Shown here: piece by piece, positions 56,909 to 57,923 of the stretch
Layout: every line of letters begins with the position of its first letter
Position numbering within the stretch: position 1 is the first letter of the stretch
Origin: a bacterium
GTDB lineage: Bacteria; Patescibacteriota; Minisyncoccia; UBA6257; GWB1-50-10
Direction: 5' to 3'
NCBI GenBank assembly: GCA_021824045.1
Contig: JAKALR010000002.1
Coordinates: forward strand, 1-57,923
DNA length: 57,923 nt
Program-made: the position numbers and the translations under genes
Notes under the pieces: model-generated
What the model was told of the DNA's origin: nothing
Database searches by the model: none
Seen by the model: only the letters and a program-made list of their open reading frames with translations

Positions 56909-56980
56909 GGGCCTATAGTAAAATGGCTATTACGGGTGCATGGCATGCACCAGGTCGGGGTTCGATTCCCCGTAGGTCCA
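56909..56980 (+). tRNA. tRNA-Ala(GGC)
   Basis: G3:U70 pair; GGTGC-AT-GGC-AT-GCACC; GGTTCGATT. Confidence 0.93.
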
Positions 56981-56986
56981 CAAAAA

Positions 56987-57018
56987 CAAAACACCCCGTC
57001 CTTCGACGGAGTGTTTTG
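56987..57018 (+). terminator. Terminator hairpin after tRNA-Ala
   Basis: CAAAACACCCCGTC-CTTC-GACGGAGTGTTTTG. Confidence 0.7.
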
Positions 57019-57031
57019 GTATAATCAATCT

Positions 57032-57406
57032 ATGGAAGAAAACAAACATATCGTCGCGGCGTCGGGATGGTCGTGGGGAGCGTTCCTCTTCAGTGTGCCC
57101 TTTTTGGTCGGCATTAAAAAATACAAGATGCTTTGGTGGTATCTCCTCGCGCTTGTTCCGTTCGTGAATGTCGCGTTCTGGATCATCTTCGTGGTGTATC
57201 TCGGGGTGAAGGGTCACGATCTTGCGGCAAAGAGCCCGCAGTTCAGTCATCAAGCCGAATATGATGGATTCTTTAAGGTATTCGATCACGCGGGGAAGAT
57301 CCTTGTCGTGGTTGTGGTAATCATTCTCCTTGTCTTCGCCATTTTGAGCATTGCGGGCATCGCCGGGACTTTCTTTGGTCGCTTCGGCTATCACCGCCCG
57401 TTCTAA
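57032..57406 (+). CDS. Small membrane protein
   Basis: GWSWGAF motif and three TM segments; ATG 6 nt after TATAAT. The ORF-track start at 56936 lies inside the tRNA. Confidence 0.75.
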   Translation: MEENKHIVAASGWSWGAFLFSVPFLVGIKKYKMLWWYLLALVPFVNVAFWIIFVVYLGVKGHDLAAKSPQFSHQAEYDGFFKVFDHAGKILVVVVVIILLVFAILSIAGIAGTFFGRFGYHRPF

Positions 57407-57454
57407 GAACTTTTCTTGATATCGTTCTCTGGCTGATTTATCATACCCAGCACT

Positions 57455-57575
57455 GGGAGGCGTGCGCGAGCGGGTTCGATAACGCCGAACGGGTTCTAAA
57501 AAAGAACCCCGGGCAACCCGAGCGCACACAGTTTTTTGATCGAGGCTCTGCCGAGGAAACTGAAGGTTTACAATA
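57455..57575 (+). repeat. Element beginning with a copy of the tRNA-Ser(TGA) 5' end
   Basis: GGGAGGCGTGCGCGAG at 57455-57470 and again at 57576-57591. Confidence 0.7.
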
Positions 57576-57923
57576 GGGAGGCGTGCGCGAGTGGTTGAAA
57601 CGGACGGTCCTGAAAACCGTTATGCCCGCAAGGGCATCGAAGGTTCGAATCCTTCCGCCTCCGCCAAAATTGGAAGTCCGAATCGGAAGCCGAAATTGGG
57701 TCGGCGCGAAGCGCCGACACAGAGGCATTCCCGCCAAAAATTCCCGAATCCAAAAGGTTTTTCCACGCTCCGCGTGGCTCAAAAAGTACGGTTCGATCCT
57801 TAATTTGAAAGTTCGAACCGACTTTTTTGAACAAATGAAGATTTTCTTCATTTGTTCGGTCGTTTGCCAATTCCATATTGTATTTCAAAAACTTTTCGGT
57901 AAGTTCGAACCGATTATTCGCTT
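57568..57923 (-). CDS. Probable C-terminus of a large serine recombinase entering from outside the window and reading antisense through tRNA-Ser
   Basis: Frame is open to the window edge: ANNRFELTEKFLKYNMELA...LFKKVGSNFQIKDRTVLFEPRGAWKNL...FWRRRKDSNL. The family call rests on recalled resemblance only; the catalytic domain is not visible. Confidence 0.5.
   Translation of the reverse strand, partial: ANNRFELTEKFLKYNMELANDRTNEENLHLFKKVGSNFQIKDRTVLFEPRGAWKNLLDSGIFGGNASVSALRADPISASDSDFQFWRRRKDSNLRCPCGHNGFQDRPFQPLAHASLL
57577..57666 (+). tRNA. tRNA-Ser(TGA)
   Basis: GGAGGCG/CGCCTCC acceptor stem, G73 and encoded CCA; ACGGT-CC-TGA-AA-ACCGT; long variable arm. Confidence 0.9.

Noticed and set aside
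57577..57666. Selenocysteine or suppressor tRNA because of 'TGA'
   Set aside because: The anticodon TGA reads the Ser codon UCA. A Sec or opal suppressor tRNA would have anticodon TCA, and the acceptor stem is the normal 7 bp.
1..57923. Alternative genetic code (UGA=Gly, as in Gracilibacteria/Absconditabacteria)
   Set aside because: Conserved genes are full length under code 11, and several end in TGA (metG, yraN, recO, M16 peptidase).

Overview
Chromosomal segment of a Candidate Phyla Radiation (Patescibacteria, probably Parcubacteria) bacterium using genetic code 11. The taxonomic call is an inference from the tandem VirB2/TrbC-like pilin cluster, short ValS, homodimeric GlyRS, tRNA-Ile(UAU) and tRNA-flanking HTH/LAGLIDADG-like genes. 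The window is mostly housekeeping genes (gyrA, S1-domain protein, ftsH, glyA, folD, recA, ftsK, truB, nusA, hppA, murD, valS, tsaD, recO, glyQS, metG, tatD, leuS, htrA) plus 8 tRNAs. The most striking unexplained structure is a family of eight 100-122 bp elements bounded by inverted repeats CCCGTTAGA(AA)...(TT)TCTAACGGG and flanked by 6-bp RTRRAY-like words. Seven sit exactly at the start of a host gene (three pilins, a solute-binding protein, nusA, murD, glyQS), several duplicating the first two codons (ATGAAT/ATGGAT). Their interiors are divergent, yet each keeps a frame open that ends in TTC-TAA inside the right repeat, 4 nt before the host ATG; in one copy the frame instead fuses with the gene. 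This looks like a start-codon-targeting mini-element that preserves host translation by stop-restart coupling. Two more elements have different ends but similar placement. The window also has in-frame REP-like hairpins and heptamer tracts inside essential genes, tRNA end duplications, three C33 tRNAs, a NUDIX domain inside LeuRS and an unannotated 26-aa lysine-rich peptide. All calls come from reading the sequence; no searches were run.
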